Below, piece after piece: positions 35,927 through 45,026 of a stretch of 57,842 nt of DNA (positions within the stretch are counted from its first letter, which is position 1; the number at the start of each line of letters is the position of its first letter). The DNA lies in the NCBI GenBank assembly GCA_035502655.1, contig DATJUF010000243.1, positions 1-57,842 of the forward strand, read 5' to 3'. This stretch comes from Candidatus Binataceae bacterium. Lineage in GTDB: Bacteria; Desulfobacterota; Binatia; Binatales; Binataceae. The translations under genes and the position numbers were made by a program. Below the pieces are notes generated by a model that made no database searches, had not been told where the DNA came from, and saw only the letters and a list, made by a program, of their open reading frames with translations.

Positions 35927-36913
35927 TCATCGCACTTTCGGCAGAATGTCCTCCTTTAGCCTTATCAGATCGGTCATTGTTTTCGCTGTGGGCACACCCT
36001 TAAATGGCGGCCACAGCAGCGGAAGCGTCAGGCCCGCCTCCTGGTAACGCTTGAGGTTGTCTACAAGCTGCTGCGAAGTTCCAGTCATCGAAGGTGTCAG
36101 CTTCCCTCTTGGAGTCTGATCCGTTTTTTCGCTCGTGATCTCGAAAAACAGCATGCTCGCGATTTCGAGGCCATCCATTGGGCGCGAACTGCCGATTGCT
36201 TCGAGTTCCTCTTTAATCGCCGACCGCCACTTCGTGATCTCTTCGGGTGTGTCCTGTATTCCGATCCAGCCCGCCAGCCCATATTTGGCGACCCGTTTCG
36301 CCGCGATCTTCGGTACGCCAAGCCCTCCAAAAAAGATCGGCGGGTGAGGCTTCTGAATTGGCTTTACCCCAAAGCCGCATTTCGGAAACGAGGCGAACTC
36401 GCCGTGATATTCGAAGAGTTCCTGAGTCCAGACACCCTGCATTATCTCGATAGTTTCGATCACGTGTTTGTTGCGTCTTTCGTAAATGTGCGCGGCGCTC
36501 GCTGCCTCGAACTCCTCGGGCATCCAGCCGGTTCCGACACCTACGTTGACCCTGCCTTCCGAAAGATGATCCCAAGTCGCGATCTCCGCCGCCAGGACTC
36601 CTGGGGCGCGATAGGGTGTGTCGATCACGCTGACACCGAGCCTGATTTTCTTCGTGATGGCAGCCAGGTACGGAATCAGCGGCAGCCCGTGAAGGAACTC
36701 GCCTCTCGCAGCTACTGGCAGTGAACGAGGAAACTCTTTCATGAAGCCGAATGGCTTGCGCAACTCCTGGCGGTCCGAGGCTTCCGGAACCACGATACGA
36801 TCCAGCGTCCAGATGGAATCGAACTCCAACTGCTCGGCGAGGCGGGCGAGATCGACGATCTCACTGACGGTTATCTTGTCCCTGAAGTTTGGCAGGTATA
36901 ATGCCAGTTTCAT
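35927..36913 (-). CDS. LLM-class F420/flavin-dependent oxidoreductase
   Basis: MKLALYLPNF...LEFDSIWTLDRIV...DHLSEGRVNVGVGTGW. Confidence 0.85.
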   Translation of the reverse strand: MKLALYLPNFRDKITVSEIVDLARLAEQLEFDSIWTLDRIVVPEASDRQELRKPFGFMKEFPRSLPVAARGEFLHGLPLIPYLAAITKKIRLGVSVIDTPYRAPGVLAAEIATWDHLSEGRVNVGVGTGWMPEEFEAASAAHIYERRNKHVIETIEIMQGVWTQELFEYHGEFASFPKCGFGVKPIQKPHPPIFFGGLGVPKIAAKRVAKYGLAGWIGIQDTPEEITKWRSAIKEELEAIGSSRPMDGLEIASMLFFEITSEKTDQTPRGKLTPSMTGTSQQLVDNLKRYQEAGLTLPLLWPPFKGVPTAKTMTDLIRLKEDILPKVR

Positions 36914-37301
36914 TGGGAACCGGCCTCCTTTTTTTGCAGTCTTTCCTCAGCATTTATCTGAGATGCTCACGGTGCGCACACATCCTAGCGAATTGACCCT
37001 CTGGAAATCGAGCGGCCGTCTCTTCGCTGTTCTACGACTAGGTCAAGCCAAGACTGCCGCCAGAAATTGTCCAATACAGTGCTGCGTATAGAATTTGGTT
37101 GTTTGCTCCTAGGTTTCTTGCCGCAATAGATCAAAGAGAAGCTTGATTTTTCCGATGGCGACCAGGAGCTCGGCCAATCATCTTAACCTCGCAGGTAACC
37201 GCGTGATAAGTGGAACTCTGGTAAGCTGCCGCGATTTATATTTTCTGTGAATCGTGACATAACCTTTCATATCAAGGCAGCACTGCTGATGGAGATGGAC
37301 G

Positions 37302-38273
37302 ATGAGCTTCGTGGACCAATTAGACCCTGAGCTGAGAGCTGTGGTAGACAAGTTGCCAACTGACCGCCCTCTGGATCTCGATGACATTCCGGTAGCCCGC
37401 GCCAAGATGAAAAAAATGGTGACCGCGCTGCTGGCCGGAATGCCTCCGGTCGAGGGCGTCACCAGCCAGGATCGATTTGCGCCTGCTTCACAAGGCAATC
37501 CTGATGTGCGGGTCCGCGTCTATCGGCCAAAGGAGCATCCGGGTAAACTACCGGCGCTCTATTGGATTCATGGCGGCGGATACGTAATGGGCGACGTCGA
37601 GGGCGACGACCGCCTCATGATGCAGCTGGTCAATCGAATCGGCTGCGTGGCGGTATCGGTCGATTACCGTCTGGCACCAGAACATCCGTTCCCCACACCA
37701 GTCGAGGATTGCTACGCCGGGCTGAAGTGGCTATTCGGCCATGCCGATGAGCTCGGCGTAGACCGATCGCGCATCGCTATCGGCGGCGCCAGCGGCGGGG
37801 GCGGCCTCGCTGCGGGGTTGGCCTTGATGGTGCGCGATCGTGGAGAAATGCAGCCGGCTTTCCAGCTTCTCATCTATCCTATGATTGATGATCGTAATGT
37901 AACCCCAGCCAGCTATGCGATTACCGACTCGCGCATGTGGCATCGCAAGAGCAACCAGCTGGGCTGGAAAGCCTACTTGGGACGGGACGGCGGTGGTGAC
38001 GGAGTATCGCCCTACGCGGCGGCGTCGAGGGCTACTGATTTGACTAATCTGCCCCCGGCTTACATTCCAGTTGGTGCACTTGATCTGTTTGTTGACGAGA
38101 ATATCGAGTATGCGCAGCGTCTCATCCAGGCGGGCGTGCCTACTGAGCTCCACGTATATCCCGGGGCGTTTCATGGATTTGACCTCTTCGCCCCGCATGC
38201 GAAAGTGTCGAAGCAATTCAAGGCCGACCGCGATAACGCCCTCAAGCGCGCCCTGCATGGCGGCTTAGAATAG
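37302..38273 (+). CDS. alpha/beta-hydrolase, HSL-family esterase/lipase
   Basis: YWIHGGGYVMGD is the HGGG oxyanion motif. IAIGGASGGGGLAA is the GxSxG nucleophile elbow. A C-terminal D...H (GAFHGF) is present. Confidence 0.88.
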   Translation: MSFVDQLDPELRAVVDKLPTDRPLDLDDIPVARAKMKKMVTALLAGMPPVEGVTSQDRFAPASQGNPDVRVRVYRPKEHPGKLPALYWIHGGGYVMGDVEGDDRLMMQLVNRIGCVAVSVDYRLAPEHPFPTPVEDCYAGLKWLFGHADELGVDRSRIAIGGASGGGGLAAGLALMVRDRGEMQPAFQLLIYPMIDDRNVTPASYAITDSRMWHRKSNQLGWKAYLGRDGGGDGVSPYAAASRATDLTNLPPAYIPVGALDLFVDENIEYAQRLIQAGVPTELHVYPGAFHGFDLFAPHAKVSKQFKADRDNALKRALHGGLE

Positions 38274-38322
38274 CCGCCGCTTGCCCTCCCGCCTGATCTA
38301 TATTCGTTGGTTCACTGTAGAT

Positions 38323-38353
38323 GCCGCGACGGCCGAACATTCGGCCTCGCGGC
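38323..38353. terminator. long GC-rich hairpin between convergent genes
   Basis: GCCGCGA(c)GGCCGAA-ca-TTCGGCCTCGCGGC, about 13-14 bp with one bulge and no U-tract. It lies between stop 38273 (+) and stop 38459 (-). Confidence 0.45.
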
Positions 38354-38458
38354 GTATCTGCGCCAACTAGATAAAGTGCACCAGGCAGAACGCTTCAAGC
38401 AACCCTTCTGAAAACATCGCAATTAAACAACTTTCGATTCCAGGCTGCCCGGCATTGG

Positions 38459-39580
38459 TTAATCTTCCAGCTTGTAGAACCGTTTAGGGTTATCAGTCAG
38501 GATATTGCGCTGTGCCGCGATCGGAAGGATAGAGATCGCCTCTTTAATCTGCTTGAGGACACCCGGATAAGTACAGTCGAAATGTGGAAAGTCAGAACCC
38601 CAAAGTATATTGCGGTCGAAACCGAGTTTGCACATCTCAGCAAGAGTCCGCTCGCCGGGATCAAATGACAAATAGCATTGCTCCGCAAAATACTCACTCG
38701 GCCGCTTCTTGAGCCATGGCGCCATCGATCCCATCTTCTCGTAGTGGCCATCCATTCGATCGAGCCAAAAGCCAGCCCAGCCTGCTCCTGACTCGAGAAA
38801 GCCGATCCTGAGTTTCGGAAATCTTGTCAGTACGCCGCCGCAGATCACATCCATGCTGGCCGCCTGCTGCTCAAACGGATGACAAACCATATGGAAGGCG
38901 AAGGTGTCATGCAGGTAGCGGTCGGCGCCGAGCGCAGGCATTTTCGTGCCAAAGCTCGAATGAACGGCGACGGGAATATCCAGCTCCTGCGCTTCGCGCC
39001 AGAAGGCATCGTAAGCGGGGTCGCAAAGACGTCGCCTATTGTATGGATTTGGGCGAATAAAGACCGCCTTGAAATTCAGCTCTTTCACCACACGGCGCAT
39101 CTCGCGGACTGCCGCGTCAACGTCCTGAAGCGGCATCGGCGCTACACCGAATAAGCGCTTTGGAAACGAATGGCAGAAGTCCGCCATCCAGTTGTTGTAA
39201 GCGCGGCAAGCTGCGATCGCGACGCGCGGATCGTCGTGGTCGCCATAGATTAAATAGAAGGAGGGATAAAGAAAGGAGGCGTCGATCCCCTCCTCGTCCA
39301 GCACTTTTATTCGCGCTTCCGGATCCCAGCTCCCTGGCAGCACATCTTCCCAACTGGCAGCGCGGGTGCGCTCCGGGTCGAGATAGCCCCCGGGGATCAC
39401 CGAAGCGACGATAGAGCCGCCGGGACCGCGCCGCCGTTCGCCATTTACCCAGAATTCGTCCTTGCCGTCAGCCCCGCGGCGGATCGAAATCACCCGATCG
39501 CGAAACTCTGGTTCGACGTATTCCTCCCATAGCTTGCGAGGTTCGACGATATGGCCATCGGCGTCGATTATCTGGGGCAT
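38459..39580 (-). CDS. amidohydrolase-2 family protein (ACMSD-like metal-dependent hydrolase/decarboxylase)
   Basis: Start MPQIIDADGHIVEP after GGAGG. ...AVHSSFG...GSDFPHFD are metal-ligand motifs of the Amidohydro_2 family. Confidence 0.85.
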   Translation of the reverse strand: MPQIIDADGHIVEPRKLWEEYVEPEFRDRVISIRRGADGKDEFWVNGERRRGPGGSIVASVIPGGYLDPERTRAASWEDVLPGSWDPEARIKVLDEEGIDASFLYPSFYLIYGDHDDPRVAIAACRAYNNWMADFCHSFPKRLFGVAPMPLQDVDAAVREMRRVVKELNFKAVFIRPNPYNRRRLCDPAYDAFWREAQELDIPVAVHSSFGTKMPALGADRYLHDTFAFHMVCHPFEQQAASMDVICGGVLTRFPKLRIGFLESGAGWAGFWLDRMDGHYEKMGSMAPWLKKRPSEYFAEQCYLSFDPGERTLAEMCKLGFDRNILWGSDFPHFDCTYPGVLKQIKEAISILPIAAQRNILTDNPKRFYKLED

Positions 39581-39829
39581 CACAAATAACCTCCTGAGAA
39601 ATTTTTTGAGCGTAGGTGCTGAATCCAAGTTCACACCTAAAATAGATATACGATTCTTATCTACTCCCTGCGAGCGCTCTCTTCTGTTTCCCGCGAACGT
39701 TCCAGGCCCGCCCGCAAGGTTCAGCGCCTCGCTCAACCTTGTCCTGTACAGCCCTTAATAAAACGGCGGGCGCACAGAGCCATTCGACCCGGCGCCCGCC
39801 CCGCTCCTCCGCCATTCTAAACCTATGCC

Positions 39830-40354
39830 CTAAATGGCTTGTTCGGCCTTGCGCCGCAGTCTGAGCGTCCCCGAAGGATGCCGCGGGAGGCCGTTGGAAG
39901 CTTCATTTCCTGCTTCCAATTCAGGCTGGTTTAGACTTTCGCTGTGGCCTGTTTCTTCAACCTCGACCAGTATGATCTCCATAATGCGCTGAAGCTGGTT
40001 GCTTCCGGCATCGCGCAAAGTCTGTGCGATCTGCTTCAGCTTCGGATGCTGCTCCCCCGCTATATAACCGTTCAGCATTAAGCTTCGAAGCGTCCGGTTC
40101 TCTTCCCTTAGCTGCCTACTCTCATCTTCCAGTTCCATCACGCGCTTGCTATGCGCCGATGAAACTCTCGGCGACGCGATGGCCTTCCGGGTTCCTTTGC
40201 CAGCGGCCTTGGCGATGCTGCCAAGTCTCTTCTTCCATTGCATCAAGCTGGCAGCCGAGCATTTATGCTTCTTTGAAGCTTGCTCAAGTGTCATTCCATT
40301 CTTCAAGTCAGCAAGCGCGGCTTGCTTTTCCGCTTCAGTGAAGCGCCTGGCCAT
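39830..40354 (-). CDS. orphan IS3/IS911 OrfA-like HTH protein (no OrfB or transposase catalytic gene nearby)
   Basis: MARRFTEAEKQAALADLKNGMTLEQASKKHKCSAASLMQWKKRLG is HTH_Tnp_1-like. It is followed by a leucine-zipper-like segment (ELEDESRQLREENRTLRSL). The local region is more AT-rich. Confidence 0.55.
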   Translation of the reverse strand: MARRFTEAEKQAALADLKNGMTLEQASKKHKCSAASLMQWKKRLGSIAKAAGKGTRKAIASPRVSSAHSKRVMELEDESRQLREENRTLRSLMLNGYIAGEQHPKLKQIAQTLRDAGSNQLQRIMEIILVEVEETGHSESLNQPELEAGNEASNGLPRHPSGTLRLRRKAEQAI

Positions 40355-41107
40355 CTAATTTGATCTCCTTCATCTCCATCCTGAAAAAATAGATTTGCTA
40401 TTAGATTCCTCTTCGATAGAAAAATAAAGAGCTTTTATCTAGTTTGTGCACTCAAAGTGCATATTCGCTGCCAGCCGCTGAACCACGATATTCCAATTAC
40501 CAATCCCCAGCGGTGTTGAGGCTGTAATTGCGATTTTCACCATTGAACCCACCGTTGGAGAAATGCTGTGCCTGCTGGCGGAAGTAAACCGCCATATGCT
40601 CAGCAATTAAAAGAATAGGCCGGTATCCTGCGGTACTTCCCTGGATTTGATCCATGAATAGCCCGGCGAGCCGAGGCTCGCGAAGGTCTGATCCTGGTGT
40701 CTCGAAACGCCCGAACACTGGCTTATGGCAACTTCGAGCAATGCATCTAATGTCCCGCCGAGCAACTTGAATCGAGCGGTTCCGAACGCCTTTCAGAAAA
40801 CGGCCGAAGGAATTATCGCGCCTGTTTTCGCTCCAGAACCGTCCGCCGCATCACTGGAGCCATATGATGTAGTTTATATAAACGCTGATCCGAGCTGCGC
40901 GGCCGCCCTTCATCCCTCTTATGAGCTTCCCGGAGGATAGGGATTGCCTGCGAACGGCCGGCCTAAGAATCTGCTATAATGCTTGCTTGCATCCGGTAAG
41001 GTCACGAGTCTGCGAACCAGCCGCCTGGAAACTTTGAAGGGTAGGTGGGCGTTGTCTGGGACCAGGCGGCTGAAAATCGGAAGCCTTCTGTCAGCCGCGC
41101 GATAAGT

Positions 41108-41452
41108 CTACGGCCTGCTCTTCGCTGTGGCGTCCGCCGAAACTGATTTGTTTTTTCTTACCTCACGCTCAATCGCTGCATCGATTCCGACCACCGTATA
41201 GCCCGCCTGGTTCAGAAACTTATAGAGCCGCAATACGTATTCCCGTGGAGTATTAGCCTCCCACGCTTTCATCGCATCCTCCGTGTCGCGCAAGTTCGGC
41301 AGCCAGCCTTGACGTTTGGAAATTGTGTCGTTGAGTAGTTCCGCTATCCGATCGGCATTCGCGCAATGCCGATTCATCCTTGGCTCATAGGGTCCGCTCA
41401 TCAGGCCCAGCTTAACTATCGACTCCCATACATCCCTGCCTGTCAATGGCAT
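41108..41452 (-). CDS. hypothetical protein
   Basis: ORF with start at MPLTGRDVW (alternative start at 41488). No family recognised. It lies in the AT-richer islet. Confidence 0.45.
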   Translation of the reverse strand: MPLTGRDVWESIVKLGLMSGPYEPRMNRHCANADRIAELLNDTISKRQGWLPNLRDTEDAMKAWEANTPREYVLRLYKFLNQAGYTVVGIDAAIEREVRKNKSVSADATAKSRP

Positions 41453-42006
41453 GATCACGCTCCTTTCAAAGTCAAAGCGCGCCAACACGTAATCGCCCGA
41501 GGTTGAAACGCTTAACCGCAGCGGCCTTTGTTGGCGATAAATTAGAACTGCTCATTACCATTTTCGTCGAACCAATCGCCACCATTGCGCGGTTAACTCC
41601 CGAATACGCCTGAAACGCCTAAATCCTAAGCCAGCATATCTCATGATAAAAGCTGGAGCCTGCCATCCGCCGAAGCGTCCTCCAGTCGCAGGATGCTACA
41701 AGTCTTTGCGAACGGGTGAATTTCAGCGCTAATCCGTCGCAGGCGCCCGCCCCATTGCCGGCAAGAAACCAATGGACCACCGCTGACATCCCTGATCTCG
41801 CCGGTAAGACGTTAACGGCACCGATTACTTCGGGTTCGATGACCTTGGTGGGCTTTGGGGCCGTTCCGGTCCTGGGTAGCTCGGCTGCGCGCGACCACGC
41901 CGCCCCCCGCCTCTGGGAGATTCGCAACCCACCGGCGTCCACAATGATCTATAATGGGTTGCTTGGATTCCCGTGCATGCGAGAATCTGGGAGCATCTGC
42001 GAAAAT

Positions 42007-43338
42007 ATGAGTAACCCCCGGCAATTAAACCTCGGCGCCTTCATGCGGCCCATCAGCATTCACACCGCAGCGTGGCGCTATCCCGGCGCTTGGCCTGACG
42101 CGAACTTTAATTTTAAGCATCTGATGCGCTTCGCCCAGACCCTTGAGCGCGGATGCTTCGATGCCTTCTTTATGGCCGACCATCTCGCCGTGCTCAACAT
42201 GCCGATGCAGGCGCTGATGCGCAGTGCTACCGTCACTTCCTTCGATCCGCTGACGTTATTGCCCGCGCTGGCCGTCGTCACCGAGCATCTGGGCCTTATC
42301 GCCACTGCTTCCACAACCTACAATGAGCCTTATCACGTCGCACGGAAGTTCGCCTCGCTCGACCATCTGAGCGGCGGCCGCGCCGGCTGGAATGTAGTGA
42401 CCTCCGGCAATCCCGACGAAGCGCAGAACTTCGGCCTCGAGGAACACGCCGAGCACGACGAGCGCTACCGCCGGGCCCGTGAGTTCTTCGACGTTGTGAC
42501 CGGCCTCTGGGATAGCTGGGCCGACGATGCCTTCATTCGCGACGTTGAATCTGGTGTTTACTTCGATCCGGCGAAACTCCATGTCCTGAATCACGTTGGC
42601 GAACATCTCAAAGTGCGCGGTCCACTTAATATCGCGCGGCCGATTCAAGGCTGGCCCGTCATTGTCCAGGCTGGAGCCTCAGAAGCGGGCCGCCAGCTCG
42701 CCGCCGAAACTGCCGAGGTAATATTTGCACCCGCGAGTAGTATCGCGAATGCGCGTGCCTTCTACGCTGACGTTAAAGGCCGCATGGCCAGGCTCGGCCG
42801 TGACCCCAGCCATCTCAAGGTCCTGCCCGGAGCGTTTGTAGTTATTGGCGATACCGTCAAGGAAGCGCAGGAGAAGCGCGCCCGCCTCGACCGTCTCGTA
42901 CATTACGACAGTGCGATCGCTTCGCTTTCGATCGCGCTCGGCCACGACGCTTCGGGGTTCGATCCCGAAGGCCCTTTACCGCCGATTCCCGAAAGCAACG
43001 CGAGCCAAAGCGGACGCGAGCGTATCGTCGAACTGGCGCGGCGCGACCATCTGACCGTACGGGAGCTCGCACAGCGCGTCGGCGGCTATAGCGGACTCGC
43101 CTTCGCCGGCACGCCTGCGACGATCGCCGATCAGATGGAGGAATGGCTCTTCACCGAAGCCTCCGACGGCTTCAATATTATGTTTCCCTATCTGCCCGGC
43201 GGCCTCGACGATTTCGTTGATCGCGTAATCCCGGAGCTCCAGCGGCGCGGGCTTTTCCGCCGCGCCTATGAGGGCGTCACCCTCAGGGAAAATCTCGGCC
43301 TGCCCCGCCCATCCAATCGCTTCTTTCCTTCCCGCTAA
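42007..43338 (+). CDS. NtaA/DmoA/SnaA-type FMN-dependent (LLM-class) monooxygenase
   Basis: Start MSNPRQLNLGAFMRPISIHTAAWRYPG... ...FDAFFMADHLAV...LDHLSGGRAGWNVVTS...ERY.RA.EF..V...LW.SW.DDAF is the characteristic nitrilotriacetate-monooxygenase component A family pattern. Confidence 0.88.
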   Translation: MSNPRQLNLGAFMRPISIHTAAWRYPGAWPDANFNFKHLMRFAQTLERGCFDAFFMADHLAVLNMPMQALMRSATVTSFDPLTLLPALAVVTEHLGLIATASTTYNEPYHVARKFASLDHLSGGRAGWNVVTSGNPDEAQNFGLEEHAEHDERYRRAREFFDVVTGLWDSWADDAFIRDVESGVYFDPAKLHVLNHVGEHLKVRGPLNIARPIQGWPVIVQAGASEAGRQLAAETAEVIFAPASSIANARAFYADVKGRMARLGRDPSHLKVLPGAFVVIGDTVKEAQEKRARLDRLVHYDSAIASLSIALGHDASGFDPEGPLPPIPESNASQSGRERIVELARRDHLTVRELAQRVGGYSGLAFAGTPATIADQMEEWLFTEASDGFNIMFPYLPGGLDDFVDRVIPELQRRGLFRRAYEGVTLRENLGLPRPSNRFFPSR

Positions 43339-43547
43339 GCCACCCGAAAGCTTCGCCGATTTGCGAGTGTGCGAGCCTCCTCTCATCCGCGGGCTGCTGC
43401 GCCTTCAGCGCCGGCGCGGCCTACGGCAATCGGCGCATCTCCATACAGCCAGTCCCCCATCTTGCGGGTATCGGAAAACTCCCTGTGATGATACTGTCGA
43501 TTCGACATATTCGAATTCATATAGCGGAGGAGTGAGAGGAGATCTTC

Positions 43548-44960
43548 GTGGGTACCCGCATCATTCATCTGATCAATCCCAAAACGGATTCCGTCACGAC
43601 TCGCCCCATCTACTTTAATCGAGCGCTGTATTCTCCGCTTGCAGGGCTGCTCGCAGTTGCCGCATGCATTGCGCGTGACCAGTACGAAGTCGTTCTTACC
43701 GACGAGAACATCGAGCCGATTGATTTCGAGTTGAAGGCTGACCTGGTCGGCATTTCTGCGATGACGAGTTACGTCAACCGCGGCTATGAAATCGCCGATC
43801 AATTTCGCGCCAGGGGCGTGCCGGTCGTCATGGGCGGCGTGCACGCGAGTTTCATGCCGCAGGAAGCGCTCAAGCATTGTGATGCAGTCGTGATCGGCGA
43901 GGCCGAATTTGTGATCCCCAGGCTGCTCGACGACCTCAAACAGGGCTTGATGCGTGGAATCTACAAATCCGACGCGCTGCATCCGATGGCTGGAATGCCG
44001 ATGCCGCGTTACGATCTGCTCAAGCGCAACCGCTACGTTAACCGGACCTTCGTCCAGACTTCGCGTGGATGCCACCAGGGCTGCACGTTCTGCGCCGAGC
44101 CGCTGATGAACGGCCTCAAGTTCCGCTACCGGCCTATCGATGAAGTGATTCACGAAATCGAGAACTGCGGTGCGCGTACTATCTCGATCAACGATGCTGA
44201 TTTTTTCGGTACCCCGGATCGCCCCCAAGAGTTGATGCGTGCCCTGAAGGGACGTGGAATTCATTGGCAAGCCGGGGTCACCTCGAAACTTGCGCAGGAC
44301 GACCGCATGCTTGAGCTGGCCGCCGCCAGTGGATGCACGATGCTGAGCATCGGCTTCGAGTCGATCTCTCGCGCGACGCTCAAAAGCGTGCACAAGCACG
44401 TTAACCGGCCGGAGAACTTCGCCGCGCTGGTCGAGAAAGTACACTCCTACGGCATCATGGTATTCGGCTTATTCATGTTTGGCTTCGACGGTGATGACCG
44501 TTCCGTTTTCAGCGAGACGGCCAACTTTAACATCGACGCAAACTACGACGCCTGTGCCTATTCAGTCCTTACACCCTACCCGGGCACGCTTACCTGGTAC
44601 GAGATGAAGAAGGCGAACCGCATCGTTTCCTTCGACTGGACGATGTACGATCAGGCGCACGTCGTCTATCGCCCGGCCCAGATGTCCTCCGACGACCTCC
44701 GCGTCGGCCAGGCTCAGGCTTACGAAAGCTTCTATTCACCATCTTCAATTGCCGGACGTTTCCCGCTGCGCGGCCGGCGTCATCGCACGCAATGGCTGAT
44801 CTACAATCTGTTCATGCGCAAAGCCTGGCAGACTCAGAAGATTGATTCGGTCGCAGCACCTACCGCCGAGCCTGACATCGCCCCGATGCCTCCTATCCTG
44901 CCACTCAAGCGCGAATGGCGTGCGGCTGTACTTGAGGCGGCCGATACCCCTGTACACTGA
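43548..44960 (+). CDS. B12-binding-domain radical SAM protein
   Basis: GTG start after a GGAGGAG-rich RBS. The N-terminal Rossmann-like B12-binding region includes DLVGISAMTS. The radical SAM cluster motif is TSRGCHQGCTFC (Cx3Cx2C). Confidence 0.88.
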   Translation: MGTRIIHLINPKTDSVTTRPIYFNRALYSPLAGLLAVAACIARDQYEVVLTDENIEPIDFELKADLVGISAMTSYVNRGYEIADQFRARGVPVVMGGVHASFMPQEALKHCDAVVIGEAEFVIPRLLDDLKQGLMRGIYKSDALHPMAGMPMPRYDLLKRNRYVNRTFVQTSRGCHQGCTFCAEPLMNGLKFRYRPIDEVIHEIENCGARTISINDADFFGTPDRPQELMRALKGRGIHWQAGVTSKLAQDDRMLELAAASGCTMLSIGFESISRATLKSVHKHVNRPENFAALVEKVHSYGIMVFGLFMFGFDGDDRSVFSETANFNIDANYDACAYSVLTPYPGTLTWYEMKKANRIVSFDWTMYDQAHVVYRPAQMSSDDLRVGQAQAYESFYSPSSIAGRFPLRGRRHRTQWLIYNLFMRKAWQTQKIDSVAAPTAEPDIAPMPPILPLKREWRAAVLEAADTPVH

Positions 44961-44978
44961 GCTGAAGCAGCCTTCAGC
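44961..44978 (+). terminator. hairpin immediately after the radical SAM stop
   Basis: GCUGAAG-cagc-CUUCAGC (7 bp) starts 1 nt after TGA 44958-44960. A pyrimidine-rich tract follows. Confidence 0.4.
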
Positions 44979-45026
44979 ATCCCCTCTCTTGTGATGTATT
45001 GAATACAAAACTCGGGCCCTGGCCAT

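Noticed and set aside
41489-42006. ~520-bp leader before the NtaA-like monooxygenase, as a riboswitch (SAM, TPP or cobalamin)
   Set aside because: I could not find any conserved riboswitch core sequence, such as a B12 box or the TPP CUGAGA/ACCUGA pair. Only short, trivial inverted repeats are present.
43383-44444. 353-aa ORF on the minus strand
   Set aside because: It lies entirely antisense to the well-supported radical SAM gene. The product is Arg/His/Val-rich with no motif. This is the typical shadow ORF of GC-rich DNA.
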